64,000 bases of DNA from Nitrospirota bacterium (GCA_963710375.1 CAVPZX010000002.1:160001-224000); one strand, 5' to 3'. Shown: positions 1-11,266, counted from the first letter of the stretch. Numbers and translations: made by a program. Notes: generated by a model from the sequence alone, not told the origin.

Positions 1-1114
1 CCTCCTGCAATGTATTTTTCGTCACAACCCTGATAACATTGCCCTCAACAATCTTTTCGAGACCGAAGGTCTTCAGGATTATATCCAGTGCCTGGTCCCA
101 GGGCACATTCAAAAGCTTCATGGTGATCTTCTTGCCCTTGACATCATCGGGATTGATAACAATATTGCAACCGGTCATATCATAATTCAAAATCCCAATA
201 ATCGCCGCAAGATCGGCATCCTGCACATCAAAAGAAACAGGCTGCTTCTTCACTTCGCCCATGCAGGTTGTCTTCATTGCGGTTTCAGCCTTAACGCTTG
301 GCATGCCCTTAGAGATTATATCTACAACCAGTTCATCGTCGAGCGCTGCCACAGATGCTTTTGCACCCGAATCGAAATCAATAATAACACGCAGCTTGTC
401 TTTTTCGTCTTTATAGCTAATATCTTTAACCGGTGCTGCAATGTTATGAGGCAGCGGTGCACTGGATGAGACATCGGGAATATCTATTATGACCCTGTCT
501 TGCAGTTTTAACACCTCAGGGTCCGGCATGGCGCCGTCACCCTTTAAGACCAGTTCAGCGCCGGCGGCGGTTTTATTGAACTGCATTTCAACAATGTCAT
601 CAGCAGCGTCAGAGTATGTTTCAGAAGTGTCGGTCACGTCATCAGGGGCAATTGTCGCCATGCCGGCATCTTTTATCTTACTTTTTTCAGCATCTCCCGA
701 AGCCGGCTTTCCATCGCCTTTTATTGCGAGGACAAGAACAGTGTCCTTATTTTCAGGGGTTATAGTTGCAGGCGACTGCAATAATATATTCAAGCGCGCG
801 ACAGTGGCCGGTTTTAGAATTTGAACAGGCTCGATTTCGGTCACTCCGCCGCGGTCCGGAAACATCTTGTCCGTGAATTTGCCGAGGCGGGCCCCTTCTA
901 TATCAACAGTGACCCTGAAAGGATCTTCCGGCCGGTAAAGCTTATAAGTGATCGGTGCATCGGCTTTAATCTGTATCGTATTATCAAGCACCTCTATGCC
1001 TGTAATTTCCGTCTCTTTTATTGCAGCATATGATGTCACCGATGATAAGGGCACGATTGAGAGCGATAAAATAAAACCAATAGCAGCTATAAGATTTCTG
1101 TTCTTTATCTTCAT
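1..1114 (-). CDS. pilQ: Type IV pilus secretin PilQ, N-terminal part (3' end outside window)
   Basis: Hand translation from ATG 1114 (ATGA overlap with pilP stop): signal peptide MKIKNRNLIAAIGFILSLSIVPLSSVTSYA, AMIN-like regions, then VSFDVQDADL...KLLNVPWDQALDIILK typical of secretin N0/N1; last gene of pilMNOP. Confidence 0.9.
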   Translation of the reverse strand, partial: MKIKNRNLIAAIGFILSLSIVPLSSVTSYAAIKETEITGIEVLDNTIQIKADAPITYKLYRPEDPFRVTVDIEGARLGKFTDKMFPDRGGVTEIEPVQILKPATVARLNILLQSPATITPENKDTVLVLAIKGDGKPASGDAEKSKIKDAGMATIAPDDVTDTSETYSDAADDIVEMQFNKTAAGAELVLKGDGAMPDPEVLKLQDRVIIDIPDVSSSAPLPHNIAAPVKDISYKDEKDKLRVIIDFDSGAKASVAALDDELVVDIISKGMPSVKAETAMKTTCMGEVKKQPVSFDVQDADLAAIIGILNYDMTGCNIVINPDDVKGKKITMKLLNVPWDQALDIILKTFGLEKIVEGNVIRVVTKNTLQE

Positions 1115-1560
1115 CCCTCTTCCTCCCGATGGAGTTTCAAAACAGTATAATTGGGTTTAACCCTACCCCTGTAATCCTTTAAAAACTCTTTAATAATAAC
1201 AGAATCTTTCATGATTTTTTCCACTTTCCCGCCATGTAATCCGATAACTGTCCCTTCCCTGAGCACAAAAGTCTTACCGTCCGGCGTGGAAACCAATGCA
1301 TAATATCCCGATTTGTTCCATAAAACTGCAGTCACCTTGAATTCGTTAACGCCATAATTCTCTAGCGGGACGCCCCCCTTCTTTCTATCGGGCTCCACCT
1401 TCACAATCAATGGGGTAAACGGATCCCTCCTGCCTTTCGCATTATATTCGTAAGCATTCGGTGAAACTGTCTTTTCATCAACCTTCTGCTCTGCTCCCGC
1501 AGTTGAAGCAATGATCACTATGCCCAGGATGGATAGTATAAATGGAAGCCGTTCTTTCAT
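1111..1560 (-). CDS. pilP: Type IV pilus assembly protein PilP
   Basis: GRRDPF motif, PLENY, GTVIGLHGGKVEKI; between pilO and pilQ. Confidence 0.9.
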   Translation of the reverse strand: MKERLPFILSILGIVIIASTAGAEQKVDEKTVSPNAYEYNAKGRRDPFTPLIVKVEPDRKKGGVPLENYGVNEFKVTAVLWNKSGYYALVSTPDGKTFVLREGTVIGLHGGKVEKIMKDSVIIKEFLKDYRGRVKPNYTVLKLHREEEG

Positions 1561-2207
1561 TTCTTTTGGCCCTTCTTCCGCAACTCTTCCCTTTCTTTTT
1601 CCGGGATGAGAGAATAAGTTGTCAACGTAAAGCTGACATTGAGCCCGGTCATGCCGCGGGGGAATCTTTTGGAGTCTCCGGTCCTCATTGTGATATTCGA
1701 TATATTAACGATCCTTTTAACAGCCGTTATGTTGGCGAAAAACTGACCGAACTCATGGTACGCGCCTCGCATTTCCACGTTAACCGGAATCTCATAGACG
1801 TCATTGCTCGGATGAACGCTCTTAACCCCAGGCCTCCATGAGACAACCTGCAATCCTGATTTCACGCCGAGATCCGATACCTGCTTCAGCAGACCTGAAA
1901 CCTCCCGCTCTTCGGGCAGCTGCATTTGCAGTACCGTGAGTTTGTCGCTAAGCAGCTTATTCTCGGCCTGCAGCTCCGCAAGCTTTGACGAGTTCTTCTG
2001 GAGGACGCCGATTTGCTCCGTCTGCTTGAGGACCTCTTCATTCAGTGTTCCTCTCTCCTCGAGGGCAGGCATGATAAGAAAATAAAACATGAGCGCAACA
2101 ATCAATATAGGAGGAATGACCAGCAGCATATTTTTTTTAACCGGCGGCAATGCTTCGATCTTCGAACTGATACTGCCCAAAGTTCCTTTTATGTCCATAG
2201 GCGGCAC
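1557..2207 (-). CDS. pilO: Type IV pilus assembly protein PilO
   Basis: N-terminal TM, coiled coil, LPEEREVSGLL, GAYHEFGQFF; operon order. Confidence 0.92.
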   Translation of the reverse strand: MPPMDIKGTLGSISSKIEALPPVKKNMLLVIPPILIVALMFYFLIMPALEERGTLNEEVLKQTEQIGVLQKNSSKLAELQAENKLLSDKLTVLQMQLPEEREVSGLLKQVSDLGVKSGLQVVSWRPGVKSVHPSNDVYEIPVNVEMRGAYHEFGQFFANITAVKRIVNISNITMRTGDSKRFPRGMTGLNVSFTLTTYSLIPEKEREELRKKGQKK

Positions 2208-2749
2208 TATACCTTCACCCTGAAATGGGCCTTGAACTGGTAAACCTTCACTTTATCTATCTCACCTTCCCTGGATTCTTCCAGATAAACATCGGCGAGG
2301 TCTGCCGACCTCTTCAAATTATCCATAAAAGAGACAATATCGATATTGGAAAATGCAGTCCCTTCAAGACTGACAGTGCCATCTTTAAAAAACAGAGCGT
2401 TAAGCCAGACCCCATCGGGAATAAGCAGACTCGCTTCATCAAGTACCCGGACAGGGACTGCTTGATTTTTCCGTAGCGCTTCTATCAGTGTGCTCCGCTG
2501 CTCAAATTCCTTATTCAGTTTGGCAATTTTGTTTATCTCATTAATCTTTTTTGTAAGCGTCCCTATAACTAACTGGTTCGCCAAGCTTTGGTCCCTCAAT
2601 TGCGCTACTTTGCTTTTTAACCATACTGTCGCAGAACCCGAAACTACCAATGCAGCGAGATTGACCGCTATAAGTACTGCGGCCACGTCTTGCAGACCTA
2701 TGATTCTTCTTTTTTTTCGCTTTTCGCTTAAAAGATTTATTTTTATCAC
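2207..2749 (-). CDS. pilN: Type IV pilus assembly protein PilN
   Basis: MIKINLL PilM-binding motif, TM, PDGVWL. Confidence 0.92.
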   Translation of the reverse strand: MIKINLLSEKRKKRRIIGLQDVAAVLIAVNLAALVVSGSATVWLKSKVAQLRDQSLANQLVIGTLTKKINEINKIAKLNKEFEQRSTLIEALRKNQAVPVRVLDEASLLIPDGVWLNALFFKDGTVSLEGTAFSNIDIVSFMDNLKRSADLADVYLEESREGEIDKVKVYQFKAHFRVKV

Positions 2750-3807
2750 GGCTTGTCCCAGGCTCGCCGCAGCGCAAGTCCCACCGCTACAGCAGCCATC
2801 GGCCCAATCTTCCTGATACCAGCAGGACCGAGCTTTTCAGGTATCTTTATGTTCTTAAAAGGATCGGCCAATTCCACCTGCACGCCGAGTTTTTCTGCCA
2901 TCATTTCAGGGAACTTCTTTATAAGGGCAGCCCCGCCGCTCAGAATGACTGCATCAATCTCTTCGTCGGTTACGTTGCCCTTGAAATACTCAAAAGACCG
3001 GCGTATCTCCGCATAAATTTCATCTGAAGCCACTGCGAGGGCAGCCTCCGCACTTCCAGGTGATACTCCGGCAATAGACCGCCCCAGCTTCAACCTCTCA
3101 GCATCCTCCCGTGAAATATCCAGGTCCCTCTGCAGCATCTCAGTATGATAGTTGCTGCCCATTGCGCTGTCTCTTGCAAACACCAGGCGACCATAGTGCA
3201 GCACGTTTATATTTGTCTTGCTTGCCCCGACATTGACGAGGGCAACATTCTTATTCCCTGCGCTGCCGTAGTTCAATTCATACATGTTGTGCAGCGCAAA
3301 AGCGTCCACATCCATGATAAGGGGATCGAGGCCGGCCATAGCAGCAGCAGCCGCATAATCGGCAATCACATTCTTCTTGGCCGCAACAAGAAGTACGTCC
3401 ATCTGGCCGGGTTCATCCGGTTTAGCGCCCAGGATATCAAAATCAATATTCACATCATTAACATCGAATGGTATAAACTGCTCCGCCTCGCTTTTAATAG
3501 AAACTCCCAGTTCTTCCGCAGTCATCACAGGCATGCCTATCCTCTTAATGATGACCGACGAATGTCCCGATACTCCGATAACTGCATCTCCACCTTTAAC
3601 GCCGGCGAGTTTCAAAACCTCCCGTATGGAAGCTGCCAGCCTTTTCTTGTCGGTAACAATTCCATCGACAATAATATCCTGGTCCAGCCGCAGCATGCTG
3701 ACAAAAGAGAGTTCATACCCTTCTTTTGTATCATTTAGCTGGACAGATTTGATATAGCTTGAACCTATATCAAGTCCTACAGGGTTTCTCTTTTTCAAAA
3801 ACATCAA
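2746..3807 (-). CDS. pilM: Type IV pilus assembly protein PilM
   Basis: VGLDIGSSYIK actin-like fold, ILSGGAA, AVGLALR C-terminus. Confidence 0.95.
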   Translation of the reverse strand: MMFLKKRNPVGLDIGSSYIKSVQLNDTKEGYELSFVSMLRLDQDIIVDGIVTDKKRLAASIREVLKLAGVKGGDAVIGVSGHSSVIIKRIGMPVMTAEELGVSIKSEAEQFIPFDVNDVNIDFDILGAKPDEPGQMDVLLVAAKKNVIADYAAAAAMAGLDPLIMDVDAFALHNMYELNYGSAGNKNVALVNVGASKTNINVLHYGRLVFARDSAMGSNYHTEMLQRDLDISREDAERLKLGRSIAGVSPGSAEAALAVASDEIYAEIRRSFEYFKGNVTDEEIDAVILSGGAALIKKFPEMMAEKLGVQVELADPFKNIKIPEKLGPAGIRKIGPMAAVAVGLALRRAWDKP

Positions 3808-3888
3808 TCACCTTGTCAATTTTATTTCGTCATATTATACTAAATCTAGTTGAATTCTCAAATGTTTATACTTTGCCTCAACATTTAA

Positions 3889-3905
3889 AGCAAGTGCCGT
3901 GCCTG
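3889..3905 (-). promoter_or_regulatory. Putative sigma-54 promoter of pilMNOPQ
   Basis: Minus strand CAGGCACGGCACTTGCT, GG-N10-GC spacing, about 80 bp upstream of pilM. Confidence 0.65.
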
Positions 3906-4150
3906 ACATGGGCCTGACATCGGATTGTTCAGCAAAACCCCAAAAAAACCTTTTTGCACAATGATAAGTCATCTTTTCCGGGCCATCCTCCTGATAGATG
4001 AAACATTCCTTGCGTCATAAATTTGACTCTTCCCTTGCATATGTAATTTTTCCATAGATATTGGAATTAATGCACATCCATGCTGGACAGCCTGCTGCAT
4101 CAACTTTCCAAAATATCATGATAAATCAAAAAGATAGTACATTGGCTAGC

Positions 4151-4167
4151 CTGGCATAGTCCTTGCT
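4151..4167 (+). promoter_or_regulatory. Putative sigma-54 promoter of PilZ gene
   Basis: CTGGCATAGTCCTTGCT, GG-N10-GC. Confidence 0.6.
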
Positions 4168-4235
4168 TCGCCGTTAAATAAGGGTATGACACTCTTAAAG
4201 GGCGATCATAATTATTTTTTGCAGGAGCACTAAGA

Positions 4236-4865
4236 ATGACAGATGATAATTTTCATGTAGGGTTAAAATTATCGCTCGAGGTCAACAAAAGTTACGACCG
4301 GATCGACATGTTTGTGGCTGGATGGGTCAGGGGAGCATTTGTTCTTGCAACGAGTCCTCACTTAAGAAAAGTGGAACTATGTTCTAAGGATGATTGTGTT
4401 ATCAGATTCCTAAAAGAAGGAAGTGCGTTTGGCTTCCAGACTGCTATGTTAATCAAGCAACAATATCCCCTCCCCATGATTTTTCTGAAGTACCCCGAAG
4501 ATGTGAGGAGCATGCCATTTAGAAAAACGAAGAGAGTCAAAACGAATATTCAAGCGAAATTATTGAAACAGAAAGGTGAAAAGGAATTTATTACTGATGA
4601 TGCAAGAATTGTTGATATAAGCGAAACAGGCTGTTTGCTGGAAATATCTGAATCAAAATTTAATCAAACCGAGGTGAACAGCAATTATTTCCTGACCTTT
4701 ATGATATTGGATAAAAGCCTCGAAATTGATTGTGTGGTTAGAGGCAACAGAATATCTAAGGGTAATTATCTGTTGGGGTCAGAGTTCTCCGATCTCAGCG
4801 ACGACACGCGGGAACTATTAAAATCTTTTGTAAGCATGTTCACCGATAAAGAGGACCAAGCCTAA
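4236..4865 (+). CDS. PilZ-domain / YcgR-like flagellar brake family protein
   Basis: RKTKR (RxxxR) and DISETG (DxSxxG) c-di-GMP-binding motifs; AGGAG RBS. Confidence 0.85.
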   Translation: MTDDNFHVGLKLSLEVNKSYDRIDMFVAGWVRGAFVLATSPHLRKVELCSKDDCVIRFLKEGSAFGFQTAMLIKQQYPLPMIFLKYPEDVRSMPFRKTKRVKTNIQAKLLKQKGEKEFITDDARIVDISETGCLLEISESKFNQTEVNSNYFLTFMILDKSLEIDCVVRGNRISKGNYLLGSEFSDLSDDTRELLKSFVSMFTDKEDQA

Positions 4866-4956
4866 CCTAGAGCATCCGTAAATCCTGCCACGCCCACACG
4901 TGTACTTCAATTGACATTAAACAGGATAAGAGTTATCCTATATTTAAGGAGTGCAT

Positions 4957-6492
4957 ATGAAAGATAAATATCAACGTTCGAGAGAAAAGCTTTCCTCGAA
5001 TCCTAATTGGAAGTGGTTCATTTTATGCACTGTTTTGCTGGGCGCCACAATGTCTGCCCTTGATGTAAGTATTGTAAACGTGGCAATGCCGACCCTGAAA
5101 AACTCTTTTAAGGTCTCGATGGCGGTAATCGAATGGGTAGCGATCGCATACACGCTTGCACTGACGGTCTTCCTGCCGCTGTTTGGAAAACTGGCCGATA
5201 TGTATGGGAGGTCGAGGTTATACAATACCGGTTTTCTGGTGTTTTCAGCGGGTTCGTTGCTATGTGGACTGTCGACGTCGGCCGGCTATATGATCGTATC
5301 GAGAATCATCCAGGCTATCGGGGCTGGACTTCTGCAGGCCAACTCAGTTGCGCTCATTACGCAGGCTTTTCAGCCCTGCGAGCGGGGCAGGGCCATAGGT
5401 ATTCAGGGAGCGGTTCAGGCGGTCTCGATGTCGGTGGGTCCTTTTGTGGGCGGCCTTCTGATAGCCACCGTTGGCTGGAGAGCCATCTTCCTCATAAATA
5501 TCCCGATAGGTATACTCGGTACCGCAGCCGCGCTTTTCATTCTTCCTCCGGACCAGCTAATGAAAGAGAAGCAGAAGATAGATTACGTGGGAGCCGGGCT
5601 TTTCGCCTCAGGACTGGCGTTGCTGATGCTTGCTTTTAATGAGGTCGTCAGACTTGGCTGGGCATCACACATAATTATTTTTTATTCCCTGTCCGGCATC
5701 GCACTTTTGTCTCTTTTCGTAATAACGGAGCTTAAGGTGGAGAACCCGCTGATCAACCTTAAGCTATTCAGTCATCCCACCTTTCTCCTCGGGAACCTGA
5801 CAGGCATGATGTCATACGCTGTCCTGTTCGCAGTTTTGTTTCTGATGCCTTTTTATTTCGAAAAGGTATTGGGCTTCAGCACCGCGCTCACTGGCTCTCT
5901 CCTGACCCCTATACCGCTCGCCATGACGGTAGTCGCGCCATTATCCGGTTATATCTCGGACAAGCGGGGACCGAGAATAGTGACAACGCTGGGGATGCTT
6001 ATGTCCGCGTTGGCCTGCTTCTCTCTAGTATTCGTGGGACAATCGGTCCGCATCCCGCTGCTTGTAGTAGAATTGATTTTCCTCGGAGTTGGAATGGGAC
6101 TGTTCACCCCTCCGAACAACAGCGCTGTAATGGGCTCGGCTCCGAAAGATAAATTGGGCGTGGCCGGCGGCATTCTCAACATGATGCGGTCCCTGGGGCT
6201 CATATTCGGCGTAAACATTTCCGGCCTCATATTTACCTCCATGGAACACCGTTACCTGGCTGATAAAGGATACCCCGGCGTGGAGCGCGTTTTCAGTGAC
6301 AGCAGAATCCCTTTGCTCATCAGAGACAATGCCTTCATGCACGGTTTTATTGTAGTTATGGGAGCTCTCATTGTCCTGAATCTCGTCTCGGCCTTCTTTG
6401 CAGCCACTAATAAGAACTGGGTCGTGTTAGTTCAGAAACAGGCGACTCTGGAAAAGAAAAGGTGTGAATGGGCGGCGCAGAAGGGACGCTGA
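4957..6492 (+). CDS. MFS transporter, DHA2 (EmrB/QacA) family
   Basis: About 14 hydrophobic segments, LDVSIVNVAMP, GKLADMYGR, GWRAIFLINIPIG. Confidence 0.9.
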   Translation: MKDKYQRSREKLSSNPNWKWFILCTVLLGATMSALDVSIVNVAMPTLKNSFKVSMAVIEWVAIAYTLALTVFLPLFGKLADMYGRSRLYNTGFLVFSAGSLLCGLSTSAGYMIVSRIIQAIGAGLLQANSVALITQAFQPCERGRAIGIQGAVQAVSMSVGPFVGGLLIATVGWRAIFLINIPIGILGTAAALFILPPDQLMKEKQKIDYVGAGLFASGLALLMLAFNEVVRLGWASHIIIFYSLSGIALLSLFVITELKVENPLINLKLFSHPTFLLGNLTGMMSYAVLFAVLFLMPFYFEKVLGFSTALTGSLLTPIPLAMTVVAPLSGYISDKRGPRIVTTLGMLMSALACFSLVFVGQSVRIPLLVVELIFLGVGMGLFTPPNNSAVMGSAPKDKLGVAGGILNMMRSLGLIFGVNISGLIFTSMEHRYLADKGYPGVERVFSDSRIPLLIRDNAFMHGFIVVMGALIVLNLVSAFFAATNKNWVVLVQKQATLEKKRCEWAAQKGR

Positions 6493-6531
6493 GTTTATAT
6501 ACCGGGTAAAAAGACAGGGATTCTGGGTCTT

Positions 6532-8319
6532 TTATACCTGACTGTCGAGTTTGATGAACAACTCCTTCAGCTGCTTTGGTTCGACTGTTGAGGGAGCGCC
6601 GCTCAGAAGACATATCGCTTTCTGGGTTTTCGGAAATGCTATAACATCGCGTATCGATTGTGCGCCGACCATAAGCATTAACAGCCTGTCCAGCCCCAGC
6701 GCGATGCCGCCGTGAGGAGGCGCCCCATAGTCAAGGGCATCGAGCAGAAAGCCGAACTTTATTCGCGCCTCTTCGCCGGAGATGCCCAGAAGTTCAAATA
6801 TTTTGTTCTGCACGTCGCGTCTGTGAATACGGATGCTGCCGCCACCGATTTCGCAGCCGTTCAGCACAATGTCATATGCCTTTGCCCTGAACGATGCTGT
6901 CAGCTCCCGGTCATTGCCGCCTGATGCAACGAGCCTGTCTATATCATCGTCCACAGGCGATGTGAAGGGATGGTGAATGGCGACAAAACGCTTTTCGTCT
7001 TCGTCCCACTCCAACAGGGGAAAATCAAGTATCCATACAAAGTTGAATTCATCTTTTATCAGTTCCAGCCGCTTGCCAAGTTCAAGCCGCATACGGCTTA
7101 GCACATCGTGGACGATTTTCTCCTTGTCAGCCACGAAAAGCATCAAATCACCTTCGCCTGCATCGAGTCTCTCCGCCATTTGCTGCAGCACATCTTGGGG
7201 GAAGAATTTTGCAATCGGTGAATCAAAACCGCCTTTTACCTTGATCCACGCAAGGCCTTTTGCTCCGAAAGACTGGGCCTCTTCCGTGAGCATGTCGATT
7301 TCTTTCCTCGAAAGGCCCGCCATCCCCTTGCCGTTAATTGCCTTGACCCGTCCGCCGGATGACAGGGCATCGAGAAAAACCTTGAAGGACCCTCTTGAGG
7401 CAAGGTCCGCCATGTCTTTGAGTTCCATCCCGAACCGCATATCGGGTTTGTCGTTTCCGAACCGTTCCATCGATTCTGTGAAACCGAGCCGCTGAAAAGG
7501 GATTTGTATATCTTTGTGCAGTACTTCCTGGAAAAGCCTTTTCATGAGCATCTCGATAAGTGGTATGATATCCTCCCTGTCAATAAAGGACATCTCCAAA
7601 TCAACCTGCGTAAATTCGGGCTGCCGGTCAGCCCTTAAATCCTCATCCCTGAAGCACTTGACGATCTGGAAGTATCTTTCGAGTCCCGACACCATTAGTA
7701 TCTGTTTAAAAAGCTGCGGCGATTGTGGTAATGCAAAGAACTGGCCCTGGTTGAGCCTGCTCGGAACAAGATAATCCCGAGCACCTTCAGGCGTGGACTT
7801 TGTGAGCATAGGTGTTTCTATTTCAAGGAAGCCCTGCTCATCCAGGTAGTCCCTGATGAGCTTTGTCACCTTGTGGCGCACAATAAGATTCTGCTGCAGC
7901 TCAGGTCTCCTCAGATCGAGATACCTGTATTTGAGCCGTAGAGCCTCCGAAGCTTCACCGGCTTCCTCCATGGGGAACGGCAGTGCTTCAGACTCATTTA
8001 ACACTATGAGAGTATCGACATACAGTTCGATCATGCCTGTCCTGAGGTTGGGATTCTCGCTGCCTTCCGGCCTTTTCCGCACTGCCCCTGCCACCGATAT
8101 TACAAATTCCGCCCTAAGGTCATGTGCAAGCGTGTGCGCCTCCTCCGAAACATCGGAACTGAAAACGACTTGCACGAGCCCGCTCCTGTCGCGCAGATCG
8201 ACAAATATCAGTCCGCCGTGGTCCCTCCTCCTAAAGACCCAGCCGGCAAGAGTGCAACGGGAACCGATATCAGCAGAATCAAGCTCACCACACCATTTAT
8301 CACGAAACATAGTTGACAT
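6532..8319 (-). CDS. aspS: Aspartate--tRNA ligase
   Basis: [48 protein letters not shown]. Confidence 0.98.
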   Translation of the reverse strand: MSTMFRDKWCGELDSADIGSRCTLAGWVFRRRDHGGLIFVDLRDRSGLVQVVFSSDVSEEAHTLAHDLRAEFVISVAGAVRKRPEGSENPNLRTGMIELYVDTLIVLNESEALPFPMEEAGEASEALRLKYRYLDLRRPELQQNLIVRHKVTKLIRDYLDEQGFLEIETPMLTKSTPEGARDYLVPSRLNQGQFFALPQSPQLFKQILMVSGLERYFQIVKCFRDEDLRADRQPEFTQVDLEMSFIDREDIIPLIEMLMKRLFQEVLHKDIQIPFQRLGFTESMERFGNDKPDMRFGMELKDMADLASRGSFKVFLDALSSGGRVKAINGKGMAGLSRKEIDMLTEEAQSFGAKGLAWIKVKGGFDSPIAKFFPQDVLQQMAERLDAGEGDLMLFVADKEKIVHDVLSRMRLELGKRLELIKDEFNFVWILDFPLLEWDEDEKRFVAIHHPFTSPVDDDIDRLVASGGNDRELTASFRAKAYDIVLNGCEIGGGSIRIHRRDVQNKIFELLGISGEEARIKFGFLLDALDYGAPPHGGIALGLDRLLMLMVGAQSIRDVIAFPKTQKAICLLSGAPSTVEPKQLKELFIKLDSQV

Positions 8320-8669
8320 ACCCCCAGGATATTTTATGAGCTTCTATTGTAACCCAAAAGAGATTGCAGGTTAAAGCGTAAAGTGAAATTCGGCCTGAGG
8401 GTGGGGTACTCAAAGGACTCGACGATCCGATGTATTGAGATAATTCTGCTGAGTACAAGCGGAAAAGAGTAATGGGGAAATCTCTCTACAACTCGGAATT
8501 AGTCAACTTAGTCAATAACGCCCCCGAAATTATCACTCAACATTGCCTGATCGCCATCTGGTTAAACCGCTGACCGAACTTGGTGCAATTCCCGGTTCAA
8601 TAAGGCATGGCGTACCTGCAATGTGATAATAATGATGATATATCAATGAGATAAAGAATTATTGCGCGC

Positions 8670-8685
8670 TGGTACAAACATTGCT
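8670..8685 (+). promoter_or_regulatory. Putative sigma-54 promoter upstream of sensor kinase
   Basis: TGGTACAAACATTGCT, GG-N10-GC. Confidence 0.5.
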
Positions 8686-8907
8686 TTATTCTTCTCACTT
8701 TAATACTCATAGAAACGTTGTGGGGAGAAACGGATCTAATGAATACACCTGTTCAGCCAATAAAAAGGATATGACCGAGCTTGAGACCTCAGATATTGGA
8801 TAATTTAGGAGAAGAAGGGATTTACTCCAGAACAGATAATCAAGATGCTCGGTCTCTATTCCATATGGGCAAGGCACTGAAGATTGATACTAAATGAATG
8901 ATTGCCA

Positions 8908-11028
8908 ATGAAAAACCTCATTCTGATAATAGGTTCCCTTATTGCAGTTATCTCGGGAATTATAACTCTCAGTTTTTTTTTCCAGCAGTCGCTGCAAATG
9001 GACATTGCCGAGCGGTTCAACATGGAGCAGTTCCTGCTTTCAGAATCAATTGCTGATGACATAAAATCTTATGTTCTGCGCGAACAAGAGGAACTCCTTT
9101 TAACAGCGCGTATCCTGTCGGAAGACAACATAGGGAGCGAAAGGGACTTTGCTAAAATAGAAGGAAAACTCAAGACAGCGCATAAGGGAATGGTTGACGC
9201 AAAACTCGGATTGATCAACACGCGCGGGGAACTGCTCTTCTTTCGAGGGGACAGGAACTTACTGCGGTCGGATATCCCCAATATAATACAGAAGGCAAAA
9301 GGCATGGAGTTCGGCATGACGCGCCTGCTTGAGAAGCCATCTTTTCTATATATCATATCACCGGTCTACCGCTGGAGCGGCCCTGCACACATAGCTTTCT
9401 TCCGTATCAGAATAGACGCCCTCTCCAACATTGCCCAAAATTTCGTGAGCAGCATCAAATCGGGTACGATCAGATATGCTTGGATGATGGATAAAAACGG
9501 CACTCTCCTTTTCCACCCCAAGCAACCCGGCATGGTGGGGAGAAACCTTTATAAGGCAGACACTACCTGCTTTAAATGCCACCTCAACTTCAATCTCGAA
9601 AAAAAAATCGTTGAAGGCAGGGTCAACAGTGTAGGCAAGTATATTGCTCCATCAGGAGAAGATAAGATCGTAGCATTCTCGACAATCCCCATTGACAACC
9701 TGTCATGGATTGTTGCGGTATCATCGCCTTACTCCGAAGTGTCTCTCCCAATAAAGCATAGCATGAAACTGTATTCCTATCTTATCGTATCAATGTTTAT
9801 CACCATCAGCTTTGTTTCTGCAGTGCTCATTGTCCTTAACAAAAAGAGGATCAATGCGCAGGCGGTTGCACGGAGAAAAGAAGAACTGGAGAAGTACGCG
9901 GCTCAACTCGAAGACCGGGTCAATGAGCGGACCGCCGAGCTATCAAGCGAAAAAGAAAAGCTGAATACGATCGTCAGCACTATTGGCGGAGGGATCATCC
10001 TGGTATCAAAAGAGGGCCAAATCCAGTGGGCAAACCAGATGATGGGGGACATGGCCGGCACGGACGTAATAGGCAAGTACTGTTCGGAGTTGTTCCAGGA
10101 GTGCAATCAGGCTGCCGCTTACTCCCATGATCACATAGACACTATCATACTAACAAACCTTTTCGACCGGAAAGACAACTATTTTCAGGTAACTACCGCA
10201 CCCCTTTTGGGAGATGACGGCGAATTGCACGGCTATATAAGGCTCATACAGGATGTCACCGAAGTAAAAAAGATGGAGGAGCAGATAATCAACTCTGAAA
10301 AACTCGCCTCTATCGGCAGGCTCGCAGCAGGCATCGCCCATGAAATCGGCAATCCGCTCACTTCCATTTTTTCATTCGTGCAGATTCTCGGGGAAATGGA
10401 AAAGGAAGATACATTTAAGAGAGAGAGCCTCGAAACGATCTCCTTCCATGTCAACAGGATTACAGAGATACTGAAACAGCTTTCAGGCTTTACGAAAATA
10501 CCCTCGGGAGAATCGCTACTGTGTATGGTCAATGAAATCATCGATACCGCCTTAAACCTGATCCGGTATGATAAAAAAGCAAAAGGGATATCTATCCTGA
10601 AAGAGTTTTCATCAGATCTTCCTGAGATAGTAACCGATGCCAACCAGTTGTCGCAGGTCTTCGTGAACCTTACCCTTAATGCAATCGACGCCATGCCCGA
10701 TGGTGGTACTCTCACGGTGAGGAGTTTTACGCGTGACGGCTCGGTTGCCATTCAGTTCCAGGACACCGGCATAGGCATACCGAAAAAGGATATCAATAAA
10801 ATATTCGATCCTTTTTACACAACCAAAGAGAAGGGAACAGGGCTGGGGCTGGCAGTAAGCTATGATATAATAAAAAAAATGAATGGGACCCTCACAGTCT
10901 CCAGCGTAGCAGGTAAGAGTACCACCTTTACCATACTGCTGCCCGTAGAGCATACATTAAGCCTAAAGCGTAAGTCTTGCATATTCCCCCAACAAACCAA
11001 CACTGCTGGATGTTTCGATCATTGCTGA
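8908..11028 (+). CDS. Membrane sensor histidine kinase (Cache-like domain with CxxCH, PAS, HisKA, HATPase)
   Basis: Two TM segments, CFKCH in extracytoplasmic part, AHEIGNPL H-box, NAIDAM, DTGIG, FYTTKEKGTGLGL. Confidence 0.92.
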   Translation: MKNLILIIGSLIAVISGIITLSFFFQQSLQMDIAERFNMEQFLLSESIADDIKSYVLREQEELLLTARILSEDNIGSERDFAKIEGKLKTAHKGMVDAKLGLINTRGELLFFRGDRNLLRSDIPNIIQKAKGMEFGMTRLLEKPSFLYIISPVYRWSGPAHIAFFRIRIDALSNIAQNFVSSIKSGTIRYAWMMDKNGTLLFHPKQPGMVGRNLYKADTTCFKCHLNFNLEKKIVEGRVNSVGKYIAPSGEDKIVAFSTIPIDNLSWIVAVSSPYSEVSLPIKHSMKLYSYLIVSMFITISFVSAVLIVLNKKRINAQAVARRKEELEKYAAQLEDRVNERTAELSSEKEKLNTIVSTIGGGIILVSKEGQIQWANQMMGDMAGTDVIGKYCSELFQECNQAAAYSHDHIDTIILTNLFDRKDNYFQVTTAPLLGDDGELHGYIRLIQDVTEVKKMEEQIINSEKLASIGRLAAGIAHEIGNPLTSIFSFVQILGEMEKEDTFKRESLETISFHVNRITEILKQLSGFTKIPSGESLLCMVNEIIDTALNLIRYDKKAKGISILKEFSSDLPEIVTDANQLSQVFVNLTLNAIDAMPDGGTLTVRSFTRDGSVAIQFQDTGIGIPKKDINKIFDPFYTTKEKGTGLGLAVSYDIIKKMNGTLTVSSVAGKSTTFTILLPVEHTLSLKRKSCIFPQQTNTAGCFDHC

Positions 11029-11266
11029 GCTCGACAAATAGAGGGCTGTCATGCTTTGATCTTGCGACGCGTATTTAGGGACGAAGTGTTTGTCAATTGC
11101 AACCTTGTGAAAGTGTGTAGTATCAGGTGTTCATCGCAAAGCGACATGCTCATAGTGCAACCATCGGGAGTATTATCATATCTGTGCTAGGCTTAATGTG
11201 AAATCTTGACACAGAGGCACAACCTTTCGAAATTCTTAATGAGATTGCGGCGGCGTGACGGAGTGT

